Positions 9,431-20,239 are shown, counted from the first letter of the stretch. The stretch: DNA of 64,000 nt from an uncultured Pirellulales bacterium (GCA_964387605.1 CAYLYB010000001.1:15960-79959); one strand, 5' to 3'. Notes: generated from the letters alone by a model not told the origin. Program-made: numbers and translations.

Positions 9431-10360
9431 TTAATCGTCGATGTCGCAGGGCAGACGAATGGAATTAGCCGAGCTGGTATTTTGAAGGTCGTCGAGGTCT
9501 TTTTTGCTGACCTCGCCCTTGATGAACTGCTGGACAATAGGGTCCGGATGATTGTGAATATATTCCGCGTCACCGTCGGCGATTATTTTGCCGTGGTGAA
9601 GCATTACGATTCGGTCCGCTATTTTGTAGGCGCTTTTCATATCGTGTGTTACCGCCACGCTTGTTACGCCCAGCTCCCGCTCCAGTTTCAAAACAAGCTC
9701 GTTTATCGTATCCGAGCGAATTGGGTCGAGCCCGGTGGTCGGCTCGTCGTAAAGTATCACTTCCGGGTCAAGAGCTATCGCCCTGGCCAGGGCGACGCGC
9801 TTGCGCTGCCCTCCGGAAAGATTGGCGGGGTAGAATTGTTGCAGTCCGTCAAGCCCCACCATTCGAAGTTTGTTGCGAACAAGCTCTTCAACCGCGCTCC
9901 AACGCGTTACGTGGCAGTGCTGCCTGACGGGGAACATTATATTCTCAGCCACGCTTAGACTGTCAAATAGTGCCCCTGCCTGAAACAGATATCCGAAACG
10001 CGCGCGTATATTGTTCAGGTTTTTGTCATCGACATTTTCTATGCGCTGGCCCTTGAAATATACCTCCCCTGAAGTTGGGCGCAGCAGGACTATCATATGT
10101 TTGAGAAGAACCGTTTTGCCGCATCCGCTCGGCCCAATTACAACCGTGGTCTTGCCTTTTTCTATGGCCAGGGAGATATTATCGAGGACGATGTTGTTGC
10201 CGAATTTCTTTGTAATATTTTTTAATACGATAATGCCGTCTTCCGGCCTGACTTCGCCGGTTTCCGGCTGGTGCTGTGGGCTCGTTGCAGGCGCAACGGC
10301 CGGTTCAGTATCTACCTGTTTGGTTATCAGGGTATCGTTCTGTGTTTTTTCTTTTTCCAC
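9431..10360 (-). CDS. mlaF: ABC transporter ATP-binding protein, MlaF-like, with a ~45-aa N-terminal extension
   Basis: Walker A GPSGCGKT, signature LSGGQRKRVALARA and Walker B ILYDEPTTGLD. It lies directly downstream of an MlaE-type permease. Confidence 0.85.
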   Translation of the reverse strand: MEKEKTQNDTLITKQVDTEPAVAPATSPQHQPETGEVRPEDGIIVLKNITKKFGNNIVLDNISLAIEKGKTTVVIGPSGCGKTVLLKHMIVLLRPTSGEVYFKGQRIENVDDKNLNNIRARFGYLFQAGALFDSLSVAENIMFPVRQHCHVTRWSAVEELVRNKLRMVGLDGLQQFYPANLSGGQRKRVALARAIALDPEVILYDEPTTGLDPIRSDTINELVLKLERELGVTSVAVTHDMKSAYKIADRIVMLHHGKIIADGDAEYIHNHPDPIVQQFIKGEVSKKDLDDLQNTSSANSIRLPCDIDD

Positions 10361-10386
10361 TTTTGCTTTTATCTCTGCAATTTAAT

Positions 10387-11193
10387 TTAGCCCATAAGAC
10401 TGCGCAAAGGCCAGAAGATGCTGTATAGCGATTTGAAAATCACCACTAAGGCGAAGTCGATGACGAGTATCGAGATAAAACTCATCACAAACGCCTCTGT
10501 GCAGGCCTGCCCCACGCCCCTGGCCCCTTCTTTGCAGTGAAATCCCTTGAAGCAGCTTATTACCGCAATCGCACCGCCAAAGAAAAATCCTTTTATAACA
10601 CCGCAGGCAACATCCCAGAGTTCGACACCGTTCGAGCTGAAGCTCCAGTATGCCTTTGCGTTAATATTTAATTGAACAACGCTGACGAACCAGCCGCCTA
10701 TAATGCCGAGCAAGTCCGCGTAGACGATAAGAACAGGAGTTAGGAGCAAACACGCCAGAACGCGAGGTGCTACAAGATACATTACCGGGTCGGTGCCCAT
10801 GCTTTCGATGGCGTCTATCTGTTCGGTAACTTTCATTGTTCCCAGCTCTGCCGTAAGCGCGCCGCCGATTCGTCCGGCCAACATCACCGCCGCCAGCACG
10901 GGACCAAGCTCCTTGACCACTGATATATTTATCAATACGCCTAAGTGTTCTTCCAGTCCCATTCCCGCCAACTGGTCGTATGCCTGCACTGCTAAAGTCA
11001 TCCCGACAAACGCGCCGGTTATCATAATAACCGGCACGCTGCGCACGCCTATCTGCAGCATTTGCGCCCATATCAGCGGATATGTCTGGCTCATACCGAT
11101 GCTGTGCGCGGAAGAGAAAGCCGAACGCCAGACAAACCTGCCGAATAAGCCGGCCTCGTATACTCCCTTAAAGGCCTTGGTTACCGCAGCCAT
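10387..11193 (-). CDS. mlaE: MlaE-family ABC transporter permease
   Basis: Polytopic membrane protein. The GAFVGMTLAVQ and LGPVLAAVMLAGRIGGALTAELGTMKVTEQIDA motifs are typical of MlaE/YrbE. Confidence 0.85.
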   Translation of the reverse strand: MAAVTKAFKGVYEAGLFGRFVWRSAFSSAHSIGMSQTYPLIWAQMLQIGVRSVPVIMITGAFVGMTLAVQAYDQLAGMGLEEHLGVLINISVVKELGPVLAAVMLAGRIGGALTAELGTMKVTEQIDAIESMGTDPVMYLVAPRVLACLLLTPVLIVYADLLGIIGGWFVSVVQLNINAKAYWSFSSNGVELWDVACGVIKGFFFGGAIAVISCFKGFHCKEGARGVGQACTEAFVMSFISILVIDFALVVIFKSLYSIFWPLRSLMG

Positions 11194-11467
11194 AAGTTCA
11201 CTCCCATAATGCGTGGTTTCTCATATTCTAATCGCCCAATCAGCCATTCATCCTAAATACAAAATAGCCACTGGTCAATCATTACGTGATTCTACATAAA
11301 TCTTGGAGATTCAGCTTTAAAATGCCATGCTTATAGGACTCTGGCTTTTCTGTTTTTTGTTTATTAAGGCCTGCCGTTGTTATCGCCGTTGTCCTGTAAG
11401 TTTATGCTTTTCTGGCCCGGATGTTCGCTTATAATGTAACAGGTGCTGATATCCCCAGACAGGTGAG

Positions 11468-11884
11468 GTGTTTTGTATGATTAGAGCAAAATCGTTTATG
11501 TCGCAGTGTTTTTTGCTTCTGGGCCTTTTAGCCATGGTCGGCTGTGTCGAGCGAAAACTTACAATTAATACGAATCCTTCAGGTGCGCAGGTTTTCCTCA
11601 ATGACGAAGAGATAGGCGTCTCGCCGGTTACTGTCTCGTTCAACTGGTATGGCGACTATAATGTCAGGATAAGCAGGCCCGGCAGTGAAACGCTGCATAC
11701 CCATCGCCAATTGCCGCCGCCCTGGTATGACCATTTTCCGTTTGATTTTATTGCCCAGGCCCTCTACCCCGGGCGCATAGTCGATTCACATCAATGGTCG
11801 TTCGATTTGGCCGCCCAAAAAGAAATGAACTCGCAAGAGCTTATTCGCTCCGCACAACAGCTAAAGAACCAGGCCTCGCAGTAA
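11468..11884 (+). CDS. PEGA-domain lipoprotein
   Basis: Lipobox LLAMVGC. LTINTNPSGAQVFLNDEEIGVSPVTV matches the PEGA-domain pattern. Confidence 0.7.
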   Translation: MFCMIRAKSFMSQCFLLLGLLAMVGCVERKLTINTNPSGAQVFLNDEEIGVSPVTVSFNWYGDYNVRISRPGSETLHTHRQLPPPWYDHFPFDFIAQALYPGRIVDSHQWSFDLAAQKEMNSQELIRSAQQLKNQASQ

Positions 11885-11937
11885 ATCGCAGCCGGGCTCC
11901 TTGCGCCCTCTCGACTGACGGGTCGCAAGCCGACGGC

Positions 11938-12873
11938 TCAAAGATTATCCCGATACCAGTCGAAGGCCTTTTGAAGCCCCTGCTCGAAAGGGACAACGGG
12001 CTTATAACCCAGTAACTTTTTCGCAAGCGAGATGTCCGCAAGAGAGTGCTTGACGTCGCCGGGACGCGAAGGGACATAAATTGACTTGATATCTTTGCCT
12101 GCGAGCTTGTTAATCATACCGATAATTTCGTTGACCGTTACCGCCTGTTGACAGGCGATATTGACAACTTCGCCTTTCGTCTGTTTGGCTTTTGCGGCCA
12201 GCAGGTTTGCCTCGACAACATTATCGACGTAGGTGAAGTCCCTGCTTTGCTCTCCGTCCCCGTAAACAGTAGGCGACTCGTTCTTCAAAATCGCCGTCAC
12301 AAAAGCGGGTATCGCCGCAGCGTATTGGCTCGATGGGTCCTGGTTCGGGCCGAATACGTTGAAATAGCGAAGACAAATCGTCTCTAATCCGAAAACCTTG
12401 TAAAAAACCGAGCAATAGTATTCGCCCATTAGCTTTGCAGCGGCGTAGGGAGAAAGTGGATTCACGACCATCGTCTCTACTTTTGGCAGGGTGGGCGTAT
12501 CACCGTAAGCGCTCGAGCTGGCTGCGTAAACAAAACGCTTCACTTTTGTATCTCTGGCGGCCAAAAGCAGCGTGAAGGTCGCATCGACGCAGTGCCTGTG
12601 AGTTGCTGCGGGGTCGTCAACGCTGCGAGGAACCGAGGGAAGGGCACCCTGATGCAGAACAATGTCAATCCCGTCCATCGCCCTGCGCGCTACGTCCGGG
12701 TCGCCCATGTCCGCTTCTATGAATTCTATCTTGTCAATGATGCCGGTAAGATTGGCCTTTTTGCCCGTGAGAAGATTGTCAACCACCCTGACGAAGTGAC
12801 CCTGTGAGACGAGCTTGCCGCAGATATTTGAACCTATGAAGCCGGCTCCGCCGGTAACCAGATACTTGTGCAT
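11938..12873 (-). CDS. NAD-dependent nucleotide-sugar 4-epimerase (WbpP/TviC-like extended SDR)
   Basis: Contains GGAGFIGS, the YAAAK catalytic motif, and a C-terminal RPGDVKHSLADISLAKKLLGY segment. Confidence 0.85.
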   Translation of the reverse strand: MHKYLVTGGAGFIGSNICGKLVSQGHFVRVVDNLLTGKKANLTGIIDKIEFIEADMGDPDVARRAMDGIDIVLHQGALPSVPRSVDDPAATHRHCVDATFTLLLAARDTKVKRFVYAASSSAYGDTPTLPKVETMVVNPLSPYAAAKLMGEYYCSVFYKVFGLETICLRYFNVFGPNQDPSSQYAAAIPAFVTAILKNESPTVYGDGEQSRDFTYVDNVVEANLLAAKAKQTKGEVVNIACQQAVTVNEIIGMINKLAGKDIKSIYVPSRPGDVKHSLADISLAKKLLGYKPVVPFEQGLQKAFDWYRDNL

Positions 12874-12930
12874 AAAACCCTCTTACTTATAATTTGTGGC
12901 CTGAAAACTTCGTCCGTTTTGTTGCCGGCT

Positions 12931-15162
12931 CTAAACCACCTGTGCCGGCTCGAGCTTTTGGTAGTCCTGATAGGACCTGAACAGCTCTCGGAAGTAACCA
13001 CCCTTTAACGTCTTAACTCCCAGCAGAACACAACCGAATATCTCGGCTTCGACCTGCCTTAACTCCCTTATGGTTCGAGCAGCGGTCCCTCGTTTGGTTG
13101 TCGCCGCGTTAAATACGAGTATGGCCCCATCCACATACCTCGCCAGACTCTTCGACTCACTTGCCAGCAAGACCGGCGGGCCGTCGATTATTATATAATC
13201 ATAATTATCCTGCTGTTGCTTAATCAACTGCTCCATCTTTTCAGTCCCCAGTGCCTCCGCCGGGTTTGCAGGCATCGGACCGGATTCGATTATCTCCAGC
13301 CGCTCCATCCCGCTGGGCCTTATCGCCTCATGTAAGCTGCATTGGCCCGCAATGAGGTTGCTCAGCCCAGCTTCGGATTTGACGCCCCTGCTTTCACCGG
13401 CGAATATTCTCTGGAAACTCGGCCGCCTGAGATTCGTGTCTATCAACAAAACTTTTCTACCGTCGGCAACAAGTGTTGTTGCGAGATTAATCGCCACGCT
13501 TGTCTTGCCTTCTTTGGCGCCGCCGCTGGTAATTAATATCGTTCTGATTTGCTCCGCCGATGCGGAAAGCTTCAAATTTGTCCGCACCCGCCTGTATGAT
13601 TCGCTTGTTATACTGTTCGGTGCCTGCCGGACTACTAGTGCCGGCTCGATATCTTCCACCAAATCATCTTCTTCTGAGTTCGGGATCATTCCCAGAAGCG
13701 GAATTCTCAGGTGCATTGAAATATCCTTGGGTGTCCGCACGAGGTCATTGAGTATCTCTTTAAGGAATGCAAACCCGAGGCCGAGCGAGAGCCCCAGAAG
13801 TGTTCCTCCGGGAAGAAAGATTTGCCATCTTGGAAAACTTGCCTCGAGAGGCTCCGGGGCCAGATCCACAAACTGGACTTTTGGAGTCTCAGGGTCATCG
13901 TAAACTATCTTGTATTTTTCAACTTGCTCTTTGATAGAGTCGAGCATCATTCTTCTTTCATCTCTCATTTTCACTCTTTGCTCATACTGAGCACGGGCTA
14001 AATCGAGCTCCTCTTTGCGTTTCGCGGCTTCTTCACGCATTTTTTCAAGCTCTTCGAGCCGTTTCTCGAGCGTAGCCAAGCTGTCTTGGGCATTTTTCAG
14101 ATTCGATTGTCTGGTCTGTTCCGCAATTATAGTCTTTCGACGCAGCCTTTCTTTTTCTACTGCGTTGATATATTCTCTAATCTGCTTGACAACTCTGTGG
14201 TCCTCGCCAAATTTTGCCAGTGCACTTGCAAGTGCCGATTCCCGTAATGCCAATTGCTGTGCCAACGAGGTCATTATGGGGTCTGTCTCTACCTGTCGTT
14301 CCACCTGCACTCTGACAGGTCCTTGCGCTTGAATTTTAAGGCGTTCTATCGCCTCACGGGTCTCGCTTATGTCCATTTTCAAATCATTTTGTTGAAATTC
14401 CAGGTCGCCGAGTTTTTTATCTGCTATAGGTTCGAATGAACGCACATCCAGATCGGCAAAACCATATCTCCGGCGGACGTTGTCGAGCTCTCGCTCAGCC
14501 AGGTCCACATCTCTTTGAACGCGGGCCTGTTGCTCCTCAAGCCGGGCCAGCTTTTCTGCGACATCCTTCCGTTTTGAACCTCCTTGCCGGCTGATAAACA
14601 AATTTACCATTTCATTGACTATCAAAGCCGACTCTTCTTTATCATTACATGTCATTGAGACAACAATTGAGTCGCCATCTCTTTGTGAAAAAGCCCCGAA
14701 CTGTTTTTTAAGGTCTTTCACGGCCTTCCTTATGCGAACAGACTTGATATCTCCGAAATCTTGGAACCATTTTGTCTGTTGAACCTTATCCCTGTCAATC
14801 AATTGTTGCAGCATACCTTGGCTTTTAAGTAGAGCACTCAATGACAGTCGATAACCATATTGTATATCTTTTGATACAATGGGAGACTGTATTGTAGTCG
14901 GGTCTTTCTCTGTGGGCGGAAGCACCCTAATAAAAGTCTGAGCAGTGTAACTAGGCCAATATCTAAGAATCACAAACCAGCTCCCAATGCCAAAGAATAA
15001 ACCAAAAAATGTAAAGAAGATTATCATGAACCAGTGTCTTAGTAGTATTGCGACGATTTCTTTTGGCGTAATTCCCGTAGCCGTCTCTGTACCGGTTGTT
15101 TTAGGCCTTGGAGGCGCTATCATAGGCCTGCTCATAACTGGTTTTTGTTGCGATTCGGTCAT
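12931..15162 (-). CDS. polysaccharide chain-length determinant fused to a BY-type tyrosine autokinase (GumC/EpsF-EpsG-like)
   Basis: Wzz-like N-terminus with two TM helices flanking a long coiled coil. C-terminal P-loop GGAKEGKTSVAINLA, Walker B IIIDGPP, and a Tyr-containing tail YFRELFRSYQDYQ. Confidence 0.85.
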   Translation of the reverse strand: MTESQQKPVMSRPMIAPPRPKTTGTETATGITPKEIVAILLRHWFMIIFFTFFGLFFGIGSWFVILRYWPSYTAQTFIRVLPPTEKDPTTIQSPIVSKDIQYGYRLSLSALLKSQGMLQQLIDRDKVQQTKWFQDFGDIKSVRIRKAVKDLKKQFGAFSQRDGDSIVVSMTCNDKEESALIVNEMVNLFISRQGGSKRKDVAEKLARLEEQQARVQRDVDLAERELDNVRRRYGFADLDVRSFEPIADKKLGDLEFQQNDLKMDISETREAIERLKIQAQGPVRVQVERQVETDPIMTSLAQQLALRESALASALAKFGEDHRVVKQIREYINAVEKERLRRKTIIAEQTRQSNLKNAQDSLATLEKRLEELEKMREEAAKRKEELDLARAQYEQRVKMRDERRMMLDSIKEQVEKYKIVYDDPETPKVQFVDLAPEPLEASFPRWQIFLPGGTLLGLSLGLGFAFLKEILNDLVRTPKDISMHLRIPLLGMIPNSEEDDLVEDIEPALVVRQAPNSITSESYRRVRTNLKLSASAEQIRTILITSGGAKEGKTSVAINLATTLVADGRKVLLIDTNLRRPSFQRIFAGESRGVKSEAGLSNLIAGQCSLHEAIRPSGMERLEIIESGPMPANPAEALGTEKMEQLIKQQQDNYDYIIIDGPPVLLASESKSLARYVDGAILVFNAATTKRGTAARTIRELRQVEAEIFGCVLLGVKTLKGGYFRELFRSYQDYQKLEPAQVV

Positions 15163-15232
15163 TTACGCTCCAGTTCAATAATCTTTAAATCTTGTTTTTA
15201 TCACTGGTATCACCGATTCGGTAGTTCGCCTG

Positions 15233-18200
15233 TTACTTTTGAAGCCGTTCAATTGCTGAATCAATCTTTTTCTTGACCGACGGCGAAATATTTTCGCCAT
15301 AGGCTTCAAGTGCCTGCTCATAAGCTGCTATTGCCTGTGACACTTTGCCGAGTTGCTCATAGGACTGCCCTAAGTGTTCATACACTTCTAGGGGTATGGG
15401 CATCCGCTGTGCCTCGTACTGTTGTATTGCCGCTTGGCCCAACTGAGCTGCTTGGGCGTATTCGCCTTTCTTGTATAGTACGAAAGCGTATGTATCGAGA
15501 TATTCAGGGTTGTCCCCTTTTGTTTCACAAGCCCGTTTGGCATATTCCAGCGCCTTGTCTATGTCTTGGTCGTTCTCAGCAAGTATATATGCAACATTAT
15601 TCAAGATATTTGTATTATTCGGCGTTTTTGACAGCACACTTTCGAATGCTTCCAGAGCTGCTGTAAGATAGTTTTTATCGGAGGTTTTATAGTAAGCCAA
15701 TATCAGAACCTCAGCTTTTTGCGTTTGCTGTCCAAGCCAGATTGGCTGGTCAGAACTCGTTGTTTTAAGGCATCTATCAATATATTCGAGCGCCTTGTTA
15801 TAGTCTTTTTTGAACTGATAAAGTTTGAACATAGTCCAATTTGCTATCAAAGAGTCCGGGTTCGCCTTAACTTTTTGCAGGCATATCTGTTCAGTATCTT
15901 GTTCTCCAAGCAATGCATAAATCTTTTCCAACACAAGGCTTACGGTGTCAAATTCATCGCCTGCTCTTTCTATTGATTTTCTGCAATACTCAATGGCGGT
16001 AGCACGGTCGCCGAGCTTCAGCCGACCTTGGGCCATTCTGAAATAAGCAACATCTGCAAGATTGCTGTCGATATATTTTCCTGCTTCTTCAAACAGTTTA
16101 TCCATTTTCCCGTTAATCATGAGTGCCTGCAGGTATCCACCCAGGGCATCAGCATTCTCTTGCCCGCGTTCAATACTTTTTTTCAGAGATAACTCGTATA
16201 ATTGTTCTGCTTTAATATTATTGCCGGTCAAGGCGGCAAATCCCGCAGCGCGATTGTGCCAATAAATGCTTTCCGGCAACTGTTCAAGTGTTTTAGCGTA
16301 AAAATCGTTTAGTAATTCCTCCTGTTTGAAACGGAGGTAGATTTGTTCAAGTAAGCTCCTGGCTTCAAGAGGTGCCTGTGGGTCGTTGATAGTACTTTTT
16401 AGTTCTGTGATAGCGTCCTCAATACGCCCGGTTCTTAGATATGCCCTTGCGAGCGATACGCGCGTTGCTGATGAGTCAAGTAAAGTTTTGCTGCGCTTGA
16501 GGTCCATTATCGCTTGGTTATAATCTGTTAGCATAGAGTTTATCTCTCCTCGCAGCTTCCACATTGTCGCATTGCTCTGATCGTTCGCAAGTTCCTTGTT
16601 CGTTAACTCTAATGCTTCTTTGAGACGACCTTGTTTCATAAAAAGCCATGCCCCGAGCATTAAACCCCTGTCATCTGCCGGATATTTTTCTTGAAAACTG
16701 GCAAGCTTTCGCTCAGCCTCTTTTACAAGACCTGTGTTAAGATAAGTTTGTATAATCAAGAGATGATTGTCGACGGTTTCATCGGCCAATAGTAGTTCCG
16801 AGGCGTATTTCTCGACATTTTCTTTGTCGACGTTTTTTTCTGCCAGATATATCAGTCCCTTGAGCACATCGACGTCTTTTGGATTGTCTTCATGCAATTT
16901 CTCAAGGACCTTTTTGGCATCATCGTATCGACCCTCTCTTATATAATGACGCCATAAAAGGCTGGAATTTTGTGTTGTACTGAGTAGTTGTTCTGCTTTT
17001 TCCGTTTGACCGGTTTGCCTGTAGTATTCTGCGTAACTTTCGAGCACGGCAGGATTCTGAGGTTCATAGCTTTTAGCCTGCTCCAAGGCGGTAAAAGCCA
17101 TCTTAAATAATGTTTGCTTTCTCTGATTATTGGTGCTGTCGAGGGCAAGTCGTGTAGCAAGACGAGCGAGCAATAGCGCGTTTTGCGTGCTTGGTGAGTT
17201 TTGAAGCAGACTTTGCCGCAATGCCAGTGCGCGGTCAGGCTCGCTTTCGCTGATATACTCTGCATAGAAACTCATTAGTTCCAGGTCTCTTGGATTGATT
17301 GCCAATGACCAGTCTAATGCGTTTCTCGTTTCAGTCATTTGCGCCGAAGTAACGTTGTTCCCGAGTTTTTGGTTGCGCTTGTAAAGCTGATAGGCAAGTT
17401 CTCGTATGATGGTCTTGTCGTCCGGGTTGAGGCTTGCAGCTGTTTGTATATCCGCCAGTGCTGCTGACTCGTTGCCAAGCTCGTTATTAACCCGTGACCG
17501 CAGAAGATATCCATATCCGAAAACGGGTCGTTGTATCAGAACTTTCTCCGCGCTGGCCAGAGCGGTTTCATAATCCTTCTTGGCAAGAGCAATTCTGGCA
17601 ATAAAGAAGTTTCCTGAACAATCATCGAGATTTTCCCGTTGTGCCATTTGTGAAATTTTGTCGGCAAGCTCCCAATTTTTTTGTTTCAGAGCTATATCAA
17701 AAAGAAGCGTCGCTGCTTGATGACGTGACGTCTCGTCTGCTGGCAGTTTCTCGGTGTCTGCTGTTATGCCGGCTAATTTTTTGAATTGCTCTGCCGCCTT
17801 ATTAGGTTCTTCGGTCGCCTGATAAAACATACCTAATGCCATTGCTCGTTTGACTGGATCAGGGACTTCAGATAGAATCTCTTCTCTAAGCTGTAAGGTT
17901 CTCTCGTTAGGAACATTTTGTGGGTCCGGCTCGGCGAGCAGTCGTTTGTAGAACATCGCCGCCGGTTCGTTCGGATTGTGCTTGAGAAACAATTCTAATA
18001 GGAGAGCCGCCTGGTCAAGATTTCCAGTTGCTATTGCATCTTCGCACACTCCTAATACTGCGACCGGATCTACAGAATTAGGATTATTGTCGAGAAGCGC
18101 GCCTGTATATTCAATAAAAGCGGACAGGTTGTTTTTCATTTCTTCGTCGAGCTGTTGCGGGGACCGCTGGTCGACTTCATCCTGTTCCTGCTTTCGGCTT

Positions 18201-20146
18201 AGTATCCCTCTCAATACTGTGCCTGTTCCGGGGGCTTCTTTTTTAGTCTCGATAATTCTACGGATCTGCCTGCCTTTCCCTTGCAGAATCACCGTCCTAA
18301 GTCTTATATAATCAGGGTCTTCTTGGGGAATTTGTTCCAATTGCTGCTCTGCTTCTGCGTATTCGTTAAGACCTATAAGTGACCTAATCCGAAGCACCCG
18401 ACTTCTGTGTGTTGCGTTGTAATTTCTTTCGTAGTAGTCTATGTTTGGCAGCGCTCTTCTCCACAGCCCAGACTTGACTAAAAGCTCAGCATAGTCCAAG
18501 CGAGCTTCTGGCAGAGTTGCCTCTATACCGTTTTGCAGGGCATTGACGAGAAACATACCGACTGCACCGCTTTCGGAGCTGTTAAAAAAGGCCATCCCAA
18601 GCCTGTATGAAACATGAGGATCCGAATTATCAGAAGCCTTTAGCTGTGTATACGTCCTGTATAATTTTCGAGTCGCGGCCATGGCATCTCCCTTTCCGAG
18701 TTTCGCAGCCGCCAGCTCAATCATACCCTGCCATTTGATTACTTGTGGATCATCACCACTACCGAGAATCTGTTCAATCTGGCGTACCGCTTGCTGTGCT
18801 TCCTCCAGCAATTGTTTGCCTTTCGATTCATCTATTGTTTCTTTGGCACCCAGTATTTGGTCAATATAGCTGTATGCGAGCATGCTGTTTAAGATTACCT
18901 GATAAGTTCTGGCCACTACCGACTTCGGACCGGTTGTTTCTTGGACATCGGGCATTGAAAGCGCCTTCTTGGTTATCTCAAGTGCTTTGTTGAGGTCTTC
19001 GTTTTGTCTTTGAATATTGAATCTTCTGAAATATAAATTAGCTGCACTCAGCTCATATTCTATGTTGTTGCTATCAAGCTGGATCGCCTTCTCAATTGCA
19101 TCTATTGCCTTGTCGAGATATGTTTTTCCCAGACGATAGTCCGAGTAGAAGTTAGCAAGTGCTGAGATTGCTTCCGGGCTTGAACTGAAATTTGTGGCGA
19201 TTTCCTTATACTCCGGCTCCAACAAGAGAATTTGTTCCTGCCAGTCAGATTCGATGCTGGCTAGTAAGAAAGAGTGTTTCATGTGCAGAAGATTGATTTT
19301 AGCCTGAAGGTTTCCATTTGTTGCCTCTATTCCCTTTTGAAGTATTTTTATTGCTTCTTCTTGTCCTTTTTTACTTGCCTCTAGGTTCCCTCGGGATGCT
19401 TCTATATCACCTTTAAAAGCCGCGGCTTGTGCTAAGTATAGATACACGTCGGTATTTGTTGGTTCCAGTTGTTCGACTTTTTCAAGGTCTGTAATAGCCT
19501 GTCTGAGCGTTTCTTCTTTGTTTGTAACCATTCCGAGTTGTGCAATTTGCAGAGTTGCTCTACCACGGATCAAATGCAGATAAGGTCCCAAACGATAGGT
19601 CGGTTCCCCCTTTTCTTTGAGTTTGTCGATATCCCACTCTGATGTATTAGTCATTGCTAATTCGGGTGAGGCGCTGGGATCTTCAATTATTTCAATAAAT
19701 TCCGTTGCCTGAGTTGCAACTTCCTGCCAGACTAAGCCCGGTGTCGCCTGTGCAACTATGTAGAAGTATTTAAGCCGGCGGTATCTTGCCTTGGTGTCCT
19801 TGGGGTCGATGCGCACAATTTGTGACCAGCATGCAAGCACTTCCCTCCATTCTCCCTTGGCCAGATATATGTCAGAGAGACGGTACAGCGTTTCTATTTT
19901 CAATTCGTCGGTTTTTGCCAGCACAAACGATTTTTTATAGTTGCGTTCCGCCTCATTGAACAATTCTTTGCGTTGTTCCTCATCCGTTGCCTGAAGTGCC
20001 GCTTTGGCTGCCGTATCGCCGTCAAGTATCAGCTTATGCGGGTCACGGCTTAAATATAGTACTATTCCGATAACCGCAAGGATTACTATAAGGAAAAATC
20101 CAGACCCAATCATTGCTACCTTTTTGTTTAGTTTCTTCTTTGCCAT
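15233..20146 (-). CDS. giant membrane-anchored TPR-repeat protein (1637 aa)
   Basis: N-terminal TM helix, then continuous TPR-like repeats (repeated A..Y......G....A pattern). It sits between EpsI and the chain-length determinant, which is the position of PrsT-like TPR proteins in exosortase loci. Confidence 0.8.
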   Translation of the reverse strand: MAKKKLNKKVAMIGSGFFLIVILAVIGIVLYLSRDPHKLILDGDTAAKAALQATDEEQRKELFNEAERNYKKSFVLAKTDELKIETLYRLSDIYLAKGEWREVLACWSQIVRIDPKDTKARYRRLKYFYIVAQATPGLVWQEVATQATEFIEIIEDPSASPELAMTNTSEWDIDKLKEKGEPTYRLGPYLHLIRGRATLQIAQLGMVTNKEETLRQAITDLEKVEQLEPTNTDVYLYLAQAAAFKGDIEASRGNLEASKKGQEEAIKILQKGIEATNGNLQAKINLLHMKHSFLLASIESDWQEQILLLEPEYKEIATNFSSSPEAISALANFYSDYRLGKTYLDKAIDAIEKAIQLDSNNIEYELSAANLYFRRFNIQRQNEDLNKALEITKKALSMPDVQETTGPKSVVARTYQVILNSMLAYSYIDQILGAKETIDESKGKQLLEEAQQAVRQIEQILGSGDDPQVIKWQGMIELAAAKLGKGDAMAATRKLYRTYTQLKASDNSDPHVSYRLGMAFFNSSESGAVGMFLVNALQNGIEATLPEARLDYAELLVKSGLWRRALPNIDYYERNYNATHRSRVLRIRSLIGLNEYAEAEQQLEQIPQEDPDYIRLRTVILQGKGRQIRRIIETKKEAPGTGTVLRGILSRKQEQDEVDQRSPQQLDEEMKNNLSAFIEYTGALLDNNPNSVDPVAVLGVCEDAIATGNLDQAALLLELFLKHNPNEPAAMFYKRLLAEPDPQNVPNERTLQLREEILSEVPDPVKRAMALGMFYQATEEPNKAAEQFKKLAGITADTEKLPADETSRHQAATLLFDIALKQKNWELADKISQMAQRENLDDCSGNFFIARIALAKKDYETALASAEKVLIQRPVFGYGYLLRSRVNNELGNESAALADIQTAASLNPDDKTIIRELAYQLYKRNQKLGNNVTSAQMTETRNALDWSLAINPRDLELMSFYAEYISESEPDRALALRQSLLQNSPSTQNALLLARLATRLALDSTNNQRKQTLFKMAFTALEQAKSYEPQNPAVLESYAEYYRQTGQTEKAEQLLSTTQNSSLLWRHYIREGRYDDAKKVLEKLHEDNPKDVDVLKGLIYLAEKNVDKENVEKYASELLLADETVDNHLLIIQTYLNTGLVKEAERKLASFQEKYPADDRGLMLGAWLFMKQGRLKEALELTNKELANDQSNATMWKLRGEINSMLTDYNQAIMDLKRSKTLLDSSATRVSLARAYLRTGRIEDAITELKSTINDPQAPLEARSLLEQIYLRFKQEELLNDFYAKTLEQLPESIYWHNRAAGFAALTGNNIKAEQLYELSLKKSIERGQENADALGGYLQALMINGKMDKLFEEAGKYIDSNLADVAYFRMAQGRLKLGDRATAIEYCRKSIERAGDEFDTVSLVLEKIYALLGEQDTEQICLQKVKANPDSLIANWTMFKLYQFKKDYNKALEYIDRCLKTTSSDQPIWLGQQTQKAEVLILAYYKTSDKNYLTAALEAFESVLSKTPNNTNILNNVAYILAENDQDIDKALEYAKRACETKGDNPEYLDTYAFVLYKKGEYAQAAQLGQAAIQQYEAQRMPIPLEVYEHLGQSYEQLGKVSQAIAAYEQALEAYGENISPSVKKKIDSAIERLQK

Positions 20147-20239
20147 CCCTTTTCACTCCTTACCTGTATCTGTTTGGAATCGCCTGTGTCGCAAAAGCCA
20201 GAGACCCTCAGTTTGTTCTATCTGGGTTACATTTCTTTC

